Notes: a model not told the origin generated them from the letters alone. A DNA stretch of 64,000 nucleotides from Elusimicrobiota bacterium (GCA_046153645.1 JBJXGI010000042.1:93097-157096), one strand, 5' to 3'; positions 28,789-43,035 are shown, counted from the first letter of the stretch. Program-made: numbers and translations.

Positions 28789-30273
28789 ATGATGAAAACG
28801 ATGAAACCTTACAAAAGTTTTCTGATTTATTTGAGTTATACATTATTTATTTTCTCTCAATTATTATCCGCGTCAGATTCAAAAGACGCCTCAATCCATC
28901 CCATTTCAATTGAAGAATTCACAAAAAAAGCTCTCCAAAACAGTCGTCGATTTGAATCCGCAGTTGATTCTCTAGAAAGTTCTCGTTATGGACTTCTAGA
29001 AACGACCCGAGGATTAACTTGGCCAACACTCTCAGCCTCTGCAGAAACCAATAAATCTTTCAGTGATAATGATCTGGGAAGCGAAACGACCACGAAATCA
29101 AATGAAGGCTCACTCAGCTTAACGCAGCCGGTACTGACCGGAACCCTTTTGTCTTTAAGCAGTACTTGGAGTCAGTCAGATGCTGACACAGAATATTTAA
29201 ACGACACAACCCATTCGAAAACTCGACTAAAACCAAGTTGGACAGCATCTATTAAACAACCTCTTTATATCTTTAATCGGAACAATTCACTGAGAACCAG
29301 AAAACAAGCCCTTATTCAATGGGCCTCTAACCGTTCTAACTATCAAGCTGAATCACTGGGAATTGAATTTGATGCTCGTGTTACCTACTATAATTTACTT
29401 TTATTACAGGAAAGCTCCGCCGTAGAAAAGAGAAAATTGGAATCAGCAAAACTTGTTTATAAAGTCACCAAAGCTTTGGTGAATGCTGGGAAATTAGCTG
29501 AAGTTGAATCAACCCGGGCTGACCTTCGTATGAATCGAGATTTGAGACGAATTCAGAATTCTGACTATAACTTAGAAAAAGCTTTCAATGAAGCACGCGA
29601 CTTTATTCGACTTCCCATCAACAGTAAAATTATTCTCACCTCAAAGTTAACCTATATTCCATTTACTTGGGATGAAAATGAACTCATCAAGATTGCCTTA
29701 GAAAACAATCCGCAGTTATTAAACTCCAAACGGAACCTGGAACTTTCTGAAATAAATTTGGCCCAAACAAAAGAAAGCAATAAACTAAAACTAACAGCCA
29801 GCGGCTCATATTCCAAAACTCGAAATCGCTCAGACTTAAACGCGCCCCTCGATCCCTATTCGTGGACACTGGGCTTGGGTGCTACCTGGCCCTTATTTGA
29901 TGCGACTCAGACAAAACTGAATGTTAAGCAGAGCCAACTTTCTTTAAAAAACACCCATAGAAGCTACGAAAAACAAGAAAGCCAATTAAAAATTGATATC
30001 AAAAATTCGGTCCTCGAAATTAAAAGAACAGAAACACAAATAAAAGAATTCGCCGAACAAAAAAAGAATGCGGAACAAAATGTAGAAGCCATGCGTCTTC
30101 AATACAGAAATGGACTAACACGTCTCACCGATGTCTTTGACGCAGAAAACGAAATGCGGGATTTGGATTTAGAATACCTAAATTTACTCGTTAACTATAA
30201 CCGCTCTAAGGATAATCTCAAAGTGCTTGTCGGCCTAGATTTTGAACAAGTTAATTTTGGAAATAAAAAATGA
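28789..30273 (+). CDS. TolC-family outer-membrane efflux protein
   Basis: Signal peptide and the duplicated TolC helical-repeat pattern. Overlaps the next gene by 4 nt. Confidence 0.75.
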   Translation: MMKTMKPYKSFLIYLSYTLFIFSQLLSASDSKDASIHPISIEEFTKKALQNSRRFESAVDSLESSRYGLLETTRGLTWPTLSASAETNKSFSDNDLGSETTTKSNEGSLSLTQPVLTGTLLSLSSTWSQSDADTEYLNDTTHSKTRLKPSWTASIKQPLYIFNRNNSLRTRKQALIQWASNRSNYQAESLGIEFDARVTYYNLLLLQESSAVEKRKLESAKLVYKVTKALVNAGKLAEVESTRADLRMNRDLRRIQNSDYNLEKAFNEARDFIRLPINSKIILTSKLTYIPFTWDENELIKIALENNPQLLNSKRNLELSEINLAQTKESNKLKLTASGSYSKTRNRSDLNAPLDPYSWTLGLGATWPLFDATQTKLNVKQSQLSLKNTHRSYEKQESQLKIDIKNSVLEIKRTETQIKEFAEQKKNAEQNVEAMRLQYRNGLTRLTDVFDAENEMRDLDLEYLNLLVNYNRSKDNLKVLVGLDFEQVNFGNKK

Positions 30274-31325
30274 AAGTTATTCTAAAAACATTAGGAATTT
30301 TTTTCGTATGCGGTGTATTGCTCGGACTCAATTTTTATAGAGACATAAAAAACACATCAACAAAAATGAAATGGTTTACAGTTGAACAAAAAAATCTTTA
30401 TAGAGGAGTGGCATCTCCAGGAATTATTGAGGCTTTAAATATTAGCGTTATTAAATCCCAAGTTGACGAATTTGTTCAAAAAAAATGGGTAAACGAGGGT
30501 GATCCAGTAAAAAAAGGGCAAGTACTCATGGAATTAACTCAAGATAAAATTCGTATTGATTATGATCAAAGTCAACTAAACTACAACAACACTATTAATG
30601 AATATAAAAAAGCTCTTAGAGAATTTACCATTCAAAAAAAGTTGTTTATGAGTAAAGCGGTTGCCAAAGCCCAAGTAGAAGAAGCTGAACGAAACGTAGA
30701 GAGATCAAAATCAAGCAGAGATATTTCAGCGCAACAATTTAAATTAGTTGAAGAAAAATTAAAAAGTACCACAGTCTTAAGCCCGATAGATGGGATTGTT
30801 TTAAAAGATCATACCAAGCCCGATATTCCAATTACTTCCGGGAAAGAATTATTTACAATAGGCGACGTCTCTCAATTCATTGTTCGTACAAAAATAGATG
30901 AATTAGACATGAACCAAATTAAACTGGGCTTACCAACAGCAATACAAGTAGACGCCTTCCCCGATAAAAAAATAGAAGGTGTTGTTAAATCCATCGCTAC
31001 TCAGGCAGAAAGAGAAGCTTTCGCGAAATTAGAAGTATTGATTGATATTGTTGATGATGGTGGCGTACAACTCAAACACAATCTTTCTGTAAAAACAATT
31101 ATCAGAAGTGAAGAGATTCCCAATGCTATTGGGATTCCCGTTCCTGCCATTATTAGAAAAAAAGGAAATCAAGGATGGGTTTTAGTTAAAAATACATGGA
31201 ACCTCATCCAAGAAAAAACCGTGGAATTAGGATCTCCTGCAGGAGAACTCATTGAAATTAAATCAGGACTTAAATCTGGAGATGAAGTAGGAATTCCTTC
31301 TATCGGTGAAGCGGATTTAAAATGA
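30270..31325 (+). CDS. Efflux periplasmic adaptor (HlyD/MacA membrane-fusion protein)
   Basis: N-terminal membrane anchor, a coiled-coil hairpin, and a lipoyl/beta-barrel-like C-terminus. Overlaps its neighbours by 4 nt. Confidence 0.75.
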   Translation: MKVILKTLGIFFVCGVLLGLNFYRDIKNTSTKMKWFTVEQKNLYRGVASPGIIEALNISVIKSQVDEFVQKKWVNEGDPVKKGQVLMELTQDKIRIDYDQSQLNYNNTINEYKKALREFTIQKKLFMSKAVAKAQVEEAERNVERSKSSRDISAQQFKLVEEKLKSTTVLSPIDGIVLKDHTKPDIPITSGKELFTIGDVSQFIVRTKIDELDMNQIKLGLPTAIQVDAFPDKKIEGVVKSIATQAEREAFAKLEVLIDIVDDGGVQLKHNLSVKTIIRSEEIPNAIGIPVPAIIRKKGNQGWVLVKNTWNLIQEKTVELGSPAGELIEIKSGLKSGDEVGIPSIGEADLK

Positions 31326-32020
31326 CCTCTCCTGCTCTGGTCCTCAATAACATTTACAAAAAATTTTTAGCAGGCTCTCAAGAACAAGTTATTTTAAAAG
31401 GAATAAATATCACCATTCATTTGGGAGAATATGTCGCCATTACAGGCCCCTCTGGTTCAGGAAAATCAACTCTCATGAATTTATTGGGTTGCTTAGACTT
31501 ACCTTCTTCTGGTGAACTCTCTATGATGGGTGAAAATGTGTGCAATTTAAATGATAACAACCTTTCTGAGTTGAGAGCGAAAACGCTTGGCTTCGTATTT
31601 CAACGATTTCATTTATTACCTCACTATGACGCCAGGAACAATGTTGCCCTCTCCATGGTTTATAGTGGTCGTTTAAATCGATTAGAACGCGCTGAAGAAT
31701 TATTAACACAATTGGGGCTCGGACACCGACTTTATTCAAAACCTCAAACACTCTCAGGGGGTGAGCAACAAAGAGTTGCTATAGCCCGCGCACTTTCAAA
31801 TGACCCACCCATTTTATTAGCGGACGAACCCACAGGGGCTTTAGATCAAACCAATGGGAAAGCCATACTAAAAATATTTGACGATCTTAATCGTTTAGGC
31901 AGAACCATTATTGTTGTGACTCATGACCCACATGTGGCTTCATGTGCAAAAAGAGTTATTAATATCGTCGATGGAAAAATTGAAAGAGACGTTTTAAACA
32001 AAAATCATGGAACGCTTTAA
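31322..32020 (+). CDS. ABC transporter ATP-binding protein (MacB/LolD type)
   Basis: Walker A (GPSGSGKST), ABC signature (LSGGEQQRVAIARAL) and Walker B (ILLADEPTGALD). Confidence 0.9.
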   Translation: MTSPALVLNNIYKKFLAGSQEQVILKGINITIHLGEYVAITGPSGSGKSTLMNLLGCLDLPSSGELSMMGENVCNLNDNNLSELRAKTLGFVFQRFHLLPHYDARNNVALSMVYSGRLNRLERAEELLTQLGLGHRLYSKPQTLSGGEQQRVAIARALSNDPPILLADEPTGALDQTNGKAILKIFDDLNRLGRTIIVVTHDPHVASCAKRVINIVDGKIERDVLNKNHGTL

Positions 32021-33200
32021 AGAAGCTCTTGCAACTGCGTTTTTTAATCTCATTAACAATCCCATTCGATCGTTTTTATCCGTGTTAGGCGTGGTCATAG
32101 GAATTGCAGCCGTGATATCCGTGTTAGCTGTCGGAGCTGGCGCTAGAAAAAAAATAATGGACAATATGGATAATCAAAGTGTATTAACTTTTTTCCTTTA
32201 CACCAAATATGACGAAGCAACTTCTCGAATGGGGAAAATAGAGCCAAGTGATATCGAGAAGATAAAACAAGTTCCACTGGTTATCTCGGTTCTGCCTAAC
32301 ATTAATTTATATCGAGAAATTAGAAGTAGAGAAAAATTAAACTATGTCACCATCAAAGGAATTGATGAGGAATATTTAAAATCAAAAAAATTTCAAATCC
32401 TCTATGGAAGAAATATTTCTCCTATAGAAATGGAGCATCGTTCACCTGTATGTTTGATGAGTGAAGCGGCAACTCATTTATTTTTCCCTGAAGAAAACAC
32501 TCTTTCTCAAAACATTTTTTTTAATGAAAACGCATTCCAAGTGATTGGTAGTTATAAACGAAGTGCGACAAAGAAAAGTAACTCCGAGGATCTCGAAATT
32601 TTGGTTCCTTACACTCTTCTTCTAAGAATGTCGCAAGATGTTTCTATTCAAAATCTGGAAATAACAATGAAACCAGAAGCTGGATTGGAAGCCAAGGATA
32701 GTTTATTAGACGCTATGAGCAGAGGAGAAAAAGATTTAAAAAATCTCTTTTCCATCCGCGATGAAAAAGAAATTTACGAAAGAAGTCTTTCCATTCGGAA
32801 AACCATGTCTATGGTGGGGGTTTTTGTCGCAGGCATATCTTTATTGGTTGGTGGAATTGGAATGATGAATGTTATGCTTACCTCTGTTGCAGAGCGAACC
32901 AGAGAAATTGGTTTACGAAGAGCTGTGGGTGCTCGAAAAAAAGATATTTTAATTCAATTTTTGGTGGAAAGTTGTGTTCTCAGTTCTCTTGGGGCTGGGC
33001 TTGGATTATTATTGGGATCGGCTTTAACAAAAGGATTGCCTGTCATGATAAAGTCTCTCGAATCAGCAGCGCCAAAAATTGAAGTCAGTTATTTATGGTT
33101 GGCAGGAATTTGCGGCATGATCATGGGAATTGTTTTTGGACTTTACCCAGCTATCAAGGCCTCGAAGCTGTCTCCCGCTGAAGCGCTTCGGAGTGAATAA
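32007..33200 (+). CDS. ABC transporter permease, FtsX/MacB type
   Basis: Four transmembrane helices with a large periplasmic domain between TM1 and TM2, and the FtsX C-terminal bundle. Confidence 0.8.
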   Translation: MERFKEALATAFFNLINNPIRSFLSVLGVVIGIAAVISVLAVGAGARKKIMDNMDNQSVLTFFLYTKYDEATSRMGKIEPSDIEKIKQVPLVISVLPNINLYREIRSREKLNYVTIKGIDEEYLKSKKFQILYGRNISPIEMEHRSPVCLMSEAATHLFFPEENTLSQNIFFNENAFQVIGSYKRSATKKSNSEDLEILVPYTLLLRMSQDVSIQNLEITMKPEAGLEAKDSLLDAMSRGEKDLKNLFSIRDEKEIYERSLSIRKTMSMVGVFVAGISLLVGGIGMMNVMLTSVAERTREIGLRRAVGARKKDILIQFLVESCVLSSLGAGLGLLLGSALTKGLPVMIKSLESAAPKIEVSYLWLAGICGMIMGIVFGLYPAIKASKLSPAEALRSE

Positions 33201-33561
33201 CTTCTTTTAGTGCAGAAGACAAAGCACGGTCTAATTTACACCACTCCTTAATATAAAGACCATATAACTTTTGAGACCCTTCTTGTGTTTTCCATTTAAC
33301 ATCACAAAGACAAATTGATTCATGCCCTTTATAATAAAGAATCACACTTAATATAGACCCGACAGGAACATTATAAGGAACTTTCAAACGCATTCCTTTC
33401 ATTGATACATCTAAAGCATGGCCTGCTACAACAGCTTCAAAAGGCGAAAAAACAGGATCGTCTCCAAGATTCAGTAAATCAACATTAAACTGTCCTTCAA
33501 ACCTTGGGTGTTCACGTCGATTTTTTGGATCCATTCTACTGACCTCCTGATGAACTTTCAT
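33154..33561 (-). CDS. PilZ-domain (c-di-GMP-binding) protein
   Basis: RREHPR (RxxxR) and DVSMKGMRL (DxSxxG) motifs. Its 3' end overlaps the permease gene convergently by 47 nt. Confidence 0.65.
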   Translation of the reverse strand: MKVHQEVSRMDPKNRREHPRFEGQFNVDLLNLGDDPVFSPFEAVVAGHALDVSMKGMRLKVPYNVPVGSILSVILYYKGHESICLCDVKWKTQEGSQKLYGLYIKEWCKLDRALSSALKEVIHSEALQRETASRP

Positions 33562-33697
33562 AATATCACCATAATGGAAAGCCGTGACAAAAGCGTGACA
33601 AAATTCTGAAATCTATGTGATAAAAAAAGGAGGTTTTAATGATATTTATTAATTCAATCCATCATTTGGGTATGTTTTTATCAAAGGTTCATACTCG

Positions 33698-33741
33698 CTG
33701 GAAATAAAAAACTCCTCTTCATGTTTATATGAAGAGGAGTT
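33698..33741 (-). terminator. Rho-independent terminator of gyrA (bidirectional hairpin)
   Basis: Perfect 14-bp stem AAACTCCTCTTCAT / ATGAAGAGGAGTTT with a 6-nt loop. On the minus strand it is followed by TTTTTTATTTCC. Confidence 0.7.
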
Positions 33742-33763
33742 TCTTATGAAACTTAAAAAGAAA

Positions 33764-36241
33764 CTAGGCTTCTGCTACTTCTGAAACAACACTGGCCACG
33801 GCCGCGACTTTGTCTCCCTCTTGAATTCTCACCAAACGGACGCCTTGAGTATTCCTAGAAATAACCGATAAATCCTTACATTTAAGACGGATTGTAATTC
33901 CTTTTTCGGTCATGATCATGACATCATCTTCATCAGTCACCAGACGAATTCCAACAGCAGGGCCGTTGCGGTCAGTGGCTTTAATGGTAATAACTCCCTT
34001 TCCACCTCGCGACTGATCACGATACTCTTGCAAGAAAGTTCGTTTACCAAAACCATTTTCACAAACAGTAAGTAAAGTTGTTTTCTTTTCTTGGGCAGCG
34101 TTTGTTACTTCCATACCCACAACCTGATCGTCCGCATCTAAACGGATGCCTCGAACACCACTGGCAGATCGTCCCATAGAACGAACTTCATCTTCAGGGA
34201 ATCGAATAGCCATTCCAGATCGGGTGGCAAGCACAATATCTTGTTTACCATCTGTGTATTTAGCACCGATCATGACATCGCCTTCATCAAGACCCATGGC
34301 AATAATTCCCGTCTTCCGGATACTATCGAATTCTGTAATTGGGGTTTTTTTGATTTGACCCGTTCTTGTGCACATTGTTAAAAACCCACCATCTTCATCT
34401 TTAAAAGATCGAATAGTAATACAGGCTGTTATTTTTTCATTGGCATCTACAGGAATAAAGTTAGCCAAAGCTTTTCCACGAGCAGTTCGTCCAGCATCAG
34501 GAATTTCATAAACACGAATGCCATAGACTCTCCCTCGACTGGTAAACAAGAGGAGATGGGCTAAGGTACTTGTAATGAATATATGCTCAACAAAATCTTC
34601 TTCTTTGGTGGTCATACCTGTTAACCCTTTTCCACCGCGCGCTTGTGTACGATAAGTGTCGGCAGGCAAACGTTTGACATAGCCGGTATGAGAAATAGTA
34701 ACAACCACTTCTTCATCTTGAATAAGATCTTCGACATCAAATTCTTCAAATGAAGCTTGGATATCGGTACGTCGTTTATCACCAAATTTTTCTTTAAGAA
34801 CCAATAACTCATCTTTAATAATGGCTAATATTTTTTTGTTATCAGCCAAAATTCCTTTCAGACGGGCAATGGTTTTAATGAGTTCTTTATATTCATTTTC
34901 TAGCGCGTCTCTTTCAAGACTGGTTAATTGATGCAGTCTCATATCCAAAATGGCCTGCGCTTGAATCTGAGAAAATTCAAACTTTTCGATGAGCCTTTCT
35001 CTAGCCGTAGCTGTATCTTTTGAAGAACGAATAATTTTAATAACTTCATCTAAATGATCAATGGCTTTGCGTAAACCCTCTAAAATATGAGCACGGGCCT
35101 CTGCTTTGGCCAACTCATAACGAGTTCTTCTCGTCACTACTTCTTGTCGATGGGCAAGATAATAATGGAGAACGTCTTTCACAGGTAAAACTTTTGGTTT
35201 TCCACCGGCCAGAGCCAACATAATGACGCCAAAAGAAGTTTCCAGCTGAGTCATCTTAAAGAGTTGATTTAAAACAATTTGGGCATTTCCGTCTCTTTTA
35301 ATTTCAATCACCATTCGGATCCCTTCGCGGTTGGATTCATCACGAAGATCAGAGATATCACTAATTTTCTTTTCACGAACTAAACCAGCAATATTCTCTA
35401 AGAGAACGGATTTATTCACTTGATAGGGAAGTTCATAAACAATAATCGCTTGGCGGCCACCTTTCATTTCTTCAATGTCAGTTTTAGCCCGCACACGAAT
35501 AGAACCACGACCTGTTTCAAAGTAATCTTTGATTCCTTGTTTACCCAAAATGGTTCCACCAGTGGGAAAGTCAGGTCCTTTAATAAATTTGGCTAATTCT
35601 TTGGACTCAATTTCAGGATTGTCAATAATGGCAATAGCGGCGTCACAAGTTTCAGTAATATTATGAGGAGGAATATTGGTGGCCATACCAACGGCAATAC
35701 CTGAAGATCCATTAATCAATAAATTAGGAAGTCTAGCGGGCAGAATAGTTGGTTCGTTCAAAGAGCCATCATAGTTAGGAATAAAATCAACTGTTTCTTT
35801 ATCAATGTCAGATAACATCTCGTCGGCCACACGAGCGGGACGAACTTCTGTGTATCGCATGGCAGCTGCAGAATCGCCATCAACAGATCCGAAGTTTCCT
35901 TGACCTTCTACCAAAGGGTAACGCAAAGAGAAATCTTGAACCATACGAACAAGTGCGTCATACACTGATAAATCGCCATGGGGATGATACTTACCTAAAA
36001 CATCTCCTACCACACGAGCGGATTTTTTAAAAGCTTTGTTGTAAACCAATCCCATTTCATCCATCGTGAAGAGAACTCGACGGTGAACGGGTTTTAATCC
36101 ATCTCGAACATCAGGAATGGCACGCCCAACGATAACGCTCATCGCGTAATCGATATAGGACGATTTCATTTCATCTTCAATATTTGTTGGGGTAACTCTA
36201 AATTCCGACTGCTGTGGTTTATCGTCTGAGGATTTGGCCAT
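33764..36241 (-). CDS. gyrA: DNA gyrase subunit A
   Basis: The N-terminus reads [27 protein letters not shown] and the active-site region AAMRYTE. Length 825 aa. Confidence 0.97.
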   Translation of the reverse strand: MAKSSDDKPQQSEFRVTPTNIEDEMKSSYIDYAMSVIVGRAIPDVRDGLKPVHRRVLFTMDEMGLVYNKAFKKSARVVGDVLGKYHPHGDLSVYDALVRMVQDFSLRYPLVEGQGNFGSVDGDSAAAMRYTEVRPARVADEMLSDIDKETVDFIPNYDGSLNEPTILPARLPNLLINGSSGIAVGMATNIPPHNITETCDAAIAIIDNPEIESKELAKFIKGPDFPTGGTILGKQGIKDYFETGRGSIRVRAKTDIEEMKGGRQAIIVYELPYQVNKSVLLENIAGLVREKKISDISDLRDESNREGIRMVIEIKRDGNAQIVLNQLFKMTQLETSFGVIMLALAGGKPKVLPVKDVLHYYLAHRQEVVTRRTRYELAKAEARAHILEGLRKAIDHLDEVIKIIRSSKDTATARERLIEKFEFSQIQAQAILDMRLHQLTSLERDALENEYKELIKTIARLKGILADNKKILAIIKDELLVLKEKFGDKRRTDIQASFEEFDVEDLIQDEEVVVTISHTGYVKRLPADTYRTQARGGKGLTGMTTKEEDFVEHIFITSTLAHLLLFTSRGRVYGIRVYEIPDAGRTARGKALANFIPVDANEKITACITIRSFKDEDGGFLTMCTRTGQIKKTPITEFDSIRKTGIIAMGLDEGDVMIGAKYTDGKQDIVLATRSGMAIRFPEDEVRSMGRSASGVRGIRLDADDQVVGMEVTNAAQEKKTTLLTVCENGFGKRTFLQEYRDQSRGGKGVITIKATDRNGPAVGIRLVTDEDDVMIMTEKGITIRLKCKDLSVISRNTQGVRLVRIQEGDKVAAVASVVSEVAEA

Positions 36242-36256
36242 ATTATTTCCTTTTTA

Positions 36257-39127
<2,871 letters not shown>

Positions 39128-39131
<4 letters not shown>

Positions 39132-40297
39132 AAAACAACCTCTGTCGTCATTGGTTCAAAAGTTGAGGCATGTTCACTGTTGGTTAAACGCTTCACACCA
39201 TATTCATTAACTTGAAAAATAGAAGCAGGTCTTTTGCACCCTTCTGGCCAAGCTTCAAACCCGGTTAAAGTTACAAAGCATTGGCCTGTTTGAGACAGTT
39301 CGTATAAAAGCTGTTCGGCGCGTTCCGCATCAAATTCAGAAAGAACATCGTCCAACAAACAAATGGGTTTTTGACCACATCTCTCTTCTATAAAGGGAAT
39401 TTCAGCTAATTTAAAAGAAACGGCACACGTTCTTTTTTGTCCCTCTGAAGCGTAAAGGCGTGCAGGTCGATCATTAATTAAAAATAAAAAATCATCACGA
39501 TGCGGCCCTAACATCGTTGAACCTGTTGCTAATTCCTGAGGTCGTATTCGTTTAAACTGCTCACACCAACGCTCTAAATCGGTTTCACCCCAAGGAGCTT
39601 GAAAAGAAGGTTTATATTCCAATTTAATTTTTTCCTTACCCTTTGATAAATGCTGTTGGATAAGAGAAACACATTCTGAAAATTCATTTAAGAAATCGGA
39701 TCTTTTTTGACATAAATAAAGACCACGTTTGGCGACGATCATATCCCAGGGCTCTAAAAGAGACGAATCTAACAACCCTTCCGCGCATTGTCTTAAAGCC
39801 GCATTGCGTTCTTTAACAGCGTCAGCGTAGGCTTTTAAGTTTTCAGCATAAGAAGGGTCAACTTGAGACAAAATCATATTAACCGCGCGGCGACGTAAAT
39901 CTGGTTCACCCTTAACCAAAGATAAATCTTCAGGAACGAAACTAACCAATGGTACTTTTCCTAATAAATCTCTCAAACGAACAGCTTTTTTTTCATCCTG
40001 ACGAATGATGCGAGCTGAACCTGTCCGATATTTCATTTCAAGCGTCAATGGGTCTTGTGCTTGATCATCAGAAACAAACGTTCCCTTAACAGAAAAACCA
40101 TCTTTAGACCACATCACCATGCTTTCTGTTTCTGCTCCGCGAGGACTTATGCCAGTAGATAATATACCAATGGCTTCTAAAAGATTGGTTTTCCCAGCTC
40201 CATTTGAGCCAATAAATAAATTAACTCCGGAATCAACATCGAGCTCCAGATTTTCATGATTTCTAAATTGACGGAGAATTAATGACTGAAGAAGCAT
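39128..40297 (-). CDS. recF: DNA replication/repair protein RecF
   Basis: Walker A (GSNGAGKTNLLEAI), SMC-like signature and a C-terminal D-loop (ICLLDDVLSEFD). Confidence 0.95.
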
Positions 40298-40298
40298 C

Positions 40299-41471
40299 CT
40301 AAACTTTCATAGGCATCATCACATACCGGTAAGCTTCATCTTCGGCTGGACGAATGACACCTGGATTTAAAGGGGTTGTTAACTCAATAAGAATCTCTTG
40401 GTCTACAAGTGATTTAAGTGCGTCAATCAAATAGGCAGGATTAAAAGCCACTTCAAAATGAGACCCTTCATAATTGGTTGATATTTCTGACTCAACTTCC
40501 ACCCGTCCTTGAGCAGAGGCCTGAATTTTAATGGCTCCTTTAATCAAAGACATTTTAACAGAACCACCACGTTCTAATGTCCCCACAGCAGCACGAGTCA
40601 CCGATGAGAGTAATGATTGTCGATTCACACGAAGCTGAATTTCTTTTGTTTTTGGAATAACTTGTTCAAAATTAGGGAAATGTCCTTCGATAAGCCGTGA
40701 AAGGATAATAGTGCTTCCAGAAGAAAAACTAATTTGATTATCAGTAAATGAAATTTGAAAATTATCATTGGTTTCTTTGTTATCAGAAAACATTCTCAAT
40801 AATTCTTGAACAGCTTTTGTTGGAATAATTACTTTTGTTTTTAAATTTTGATCAGAAATAGGGCGTTGAATATAGGCCAATCTTCGACCATCTGTTGATA
40901 CCGCAGTTGCTTTTCCGGCATCAATAATAAAATGAATGCCGTTTAATACATATCTGGTTTCATCAGAAGAGGTGGCAAAAATAGTCTTTTTTATCATCTC
41001 TTGAAGAATGGCTTTAGGAAAGGGAGTTGCTTTGGTTTCATCAAATTCAGGTAACACAGGGTAATCTTCTTTTGGAAGTCCTGTAATGTTAAGTCGATCT
41101 CTTCCTGACTTAACTTCAACTTTATTATTTTCTACTACTTCAATTTTTACTTCACGGTCATCCTCTAAAGTTTTAATAAAGTCCGTTAAAATTTTTGAGG
41201 GGATCGTAATTGCGCCCTTATCAATAACATCAGCCTTAATCCAAGTTCTAATTCCTACCTCTAAATCAGTGGCCGATAAACGAAGCCCTTGTGCTGAAGC
41301 TTCAAAAAGAACATTAGCTAAAATAGGTAGTGTGCTTCGCGAAGATATTGCACTTTGAACCATTTGAAGTCCTTGTATGAGGTCTCCTTTAGTGATGTTT
41401 AGTTTTAATGATTGTCCTCTTTTAGAGTTAGAACTTTGAGTCGTAGTAGCGGTATGGGTGTTGGTAGACAT
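40299..41471 (-). CDS. dnaN: DNA polymerase III beta sliding clamp. The start is reassigned to ATG at 41471; the track's TTG at 41510 adds 13 aa.
   Basis: Three-domain beta-clamp pattern from LKLNITKGDLIQGLQMVQSAISSRSTLPIL to the C-terminus. SD AAGAGGG lies upstream of the ATG. Confidence 0.93.
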   Translation of the reverse strand: MSTNTHTATTTQSSNSKRGQSLKLNITKGDLIQGLQMVQSAISSRSTLPILANVLFEASAQGLRLSATDLEVGIRTWIKADVIDKGAITIPSKILTDFIKTLEDDREVKIEVVENNKVEVKSGRDRLNITGLPKEDYPVLPEFDETKATPFPKAILQEMIKKTIFATSSDETRYVLNGIHFIIDAGKATAVSTDGRRLAYIQRPISDQNLKTKVIIPTKAVQELLRMFSDNKETNDNFQISFTDNQISFSSGSTIILSRLIEGHFPNFEQVIPKTKEIQLRVNRQSLLSSVTRAAVGTLERGGSVKMSLIKGAIKIQASAQGRVEVESEISTNYEGSHFEVAFNPAYLIDALKSLVDQEILIELTTPLNPGVIRPAEDEAYRYVMMPMKV

Positions 41472-41646
41472 GATTTTTGGCCCTCTTGCTTTTAAAATGC
41501 TGATTATCAATTATTTTTACTTAAAACTTATTCGATACGGCTGTGGATAGTTATCCCCTTTTATCCCTGTTATCCACAGCTTTTAACATCATCCACAAAA
41601 AAACGCGCTATTTCTATGGTTTATCCACAACTTATCCCCCGCCTAT
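41472..41646. promoter_or_regulatory. oriC candidate: DnaA-box cluster plus AT-rich element in the dnaN-dnaA intergenic region
   Basis: Three boxes match TTATCCACA exactly, one reverse (TGTGGATAG, 41542-41550) and two forward (41570-41578 and 41621-41629). Degenerate boxes are TCATCCACA, TTATCCCTG, TTATCCCCT and TTATCCCCC. An AT-rich stretch at 41489-41540 flanks them. Confidence 0.75.
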
Positions 41647-43035
41647 TTAAGGGGTTACAAGTAAGCTTTCTTCTCTAATTTCTTGGGTAATTTTATTTAC
41701 CAAAGCAACAAAATAAGGGTCACCACTTAGTTTATTTTTAATTTTTGTGCATGCGTGCATAACGGTGGTGTGATCTTTACCCCCAAATCCCATTCCAATT
41801 TCAATGGTTGAAAACTCAGTGAGTGTGCGTGTTAAATACATCGCCACTTGTCTGGGGAACGCAACAGCATCCGTTCTTTTTTTGGATTTCATATCGCGCA
41901 GGTCTAAATTGAAATGACGAGCCACTACTTTTTGAATTTGATCAATCGTGATCGTAGCTGAATGTTCTGGTGAACCCAAAATATCTTTGAGAACCGAGCG
42001 TGCCGTATCAACTGTTAAAGGAACTCCTGTTAAAGTGGAACAAGCCATAATTCGAATAATAGATCCTTCTAATTCACGAATATTGGTTTTAATGTGACTG
42101 GCGACGAATAAAATAACATCATCAGGAACGCTGGTTCCAGCTTCTTCAGTTTTTTTTCTTAAGATGGCAATTCTGGTTTCTAAATCTGGGGCTTGAATGT
42201 CTGCAATAACACCCCACTCAAAGCGTGAAATGAGTCGATCGGCCACCAATGTTTCCTTGGGGGGGCGATCAGAACAAATAACAATTTGTTTTTTGGAATC
42301 ATAGAGTGAATTAAAGGTGTTAAAAAATTCTTCTTGTGAAGACTCTTTGCCCATTAAAAATTGAATATCGTCAATAAGCAAACAATCCGCGTTACGATAT
42401 TTAGTTCGAAATTCCTTCATTTTTTCATAGCGAATGGCATCAATGAATTCATTTATGAATTTTTCGCTGGCAACATAGATAATACGAGCATTGGAATTAT
42501 CTTGAGTAATTCGTTTACCAATAGAATGCATAAGATGAGTTTTTCCAAGCCCAACACCGCCATATATAAATAAAGGATTGTATACGCGGCCTGGATCCTT
42601 AGCAACGGCCTCTGCCGCCGCCTCAGCGAATCGATTGGAGGGACCAACTACAAAATTAGTAAAGTCATGGTTTGATTCAATTTTGGTGTCTTCATGAGAA
42701 TTTATTTTTATAGAAGTTGAAGGTGAAGTTGGTTTCCATTCAGAGTTTAGCTGCGAGTTTTTAATAGGAGGAAAATCTTCATTTTGAGTTTCAAAAGAAA
42801 GTGTTATGGCGGCGCTTAGTTCATTGCTAATAATTTCTTCAATACGATCTTTATAGTGAGTTTTAACCCAATCAGAGAAAAATCGATTGGGCACACGCAA
42901 AATAAATTGACTATTCTCACACCGCAATGCTTTTAGCGGTTTAAGCCATAAATCAAATGTTTCATCTTTAAGGTCAGATTTTAATAGCGATAATACAGTT
43001 GCCCAAAGTTCTTCTGTTGTTTTAGTTGTAATCAT
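41647..43035 (-). CDS. dnaA: Chromosomal replication initiator DnaA. The likely start is Met at 43035 (MITTKTTEELW...); the track start at 43113 adds 26 dubious aa.
   Basis: AAA+ motifs (GGVGLGKTHLMH, box VII), the C-terminal HTH (VAFPRQVAMYLTRTLTEFS), and the N-terminal domain I. Confidence 0.96.
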   Translation of the reverse strand: MITTKTTEELWATVLSLLKSDLKDETFDLWLKPLKALRCENSQFILRVPNRFFSDWVKTHYKDRIEEIISNELSAAITLSFETQNEDFPPIKNSQLNSEWKPTSPSTSIKINSHEDTKIESNHDFTNFVVGPSNRFAEAAAEAVAKDPGRVYNPLFIYGGVGLGKTHLMHSIGKRITQDNSNARIIYVASEKFINEFIDAIRYEKMKEFRTKYRNADCLLIDDIQFLMGKESSQEEFFNTFNSLYDSKKQIVICSDRPPKETLVADRLISRFEWGVIADIQAPDLETRIAILRKKTEEAGTSVPDDVILFVASHIKTNIRELEGSIIRIMACSTLTGVPLTVDTARSVLKDILGSPEHSATITIDQIQKVVARHFNLDLRDMKSKKRTDAVAFPRQVAMYLTRTLTEFSTIEIGMGFGGKDHTTVMHACTKIKNKLSGDPYFVALVNKITQEIREESLLVTP

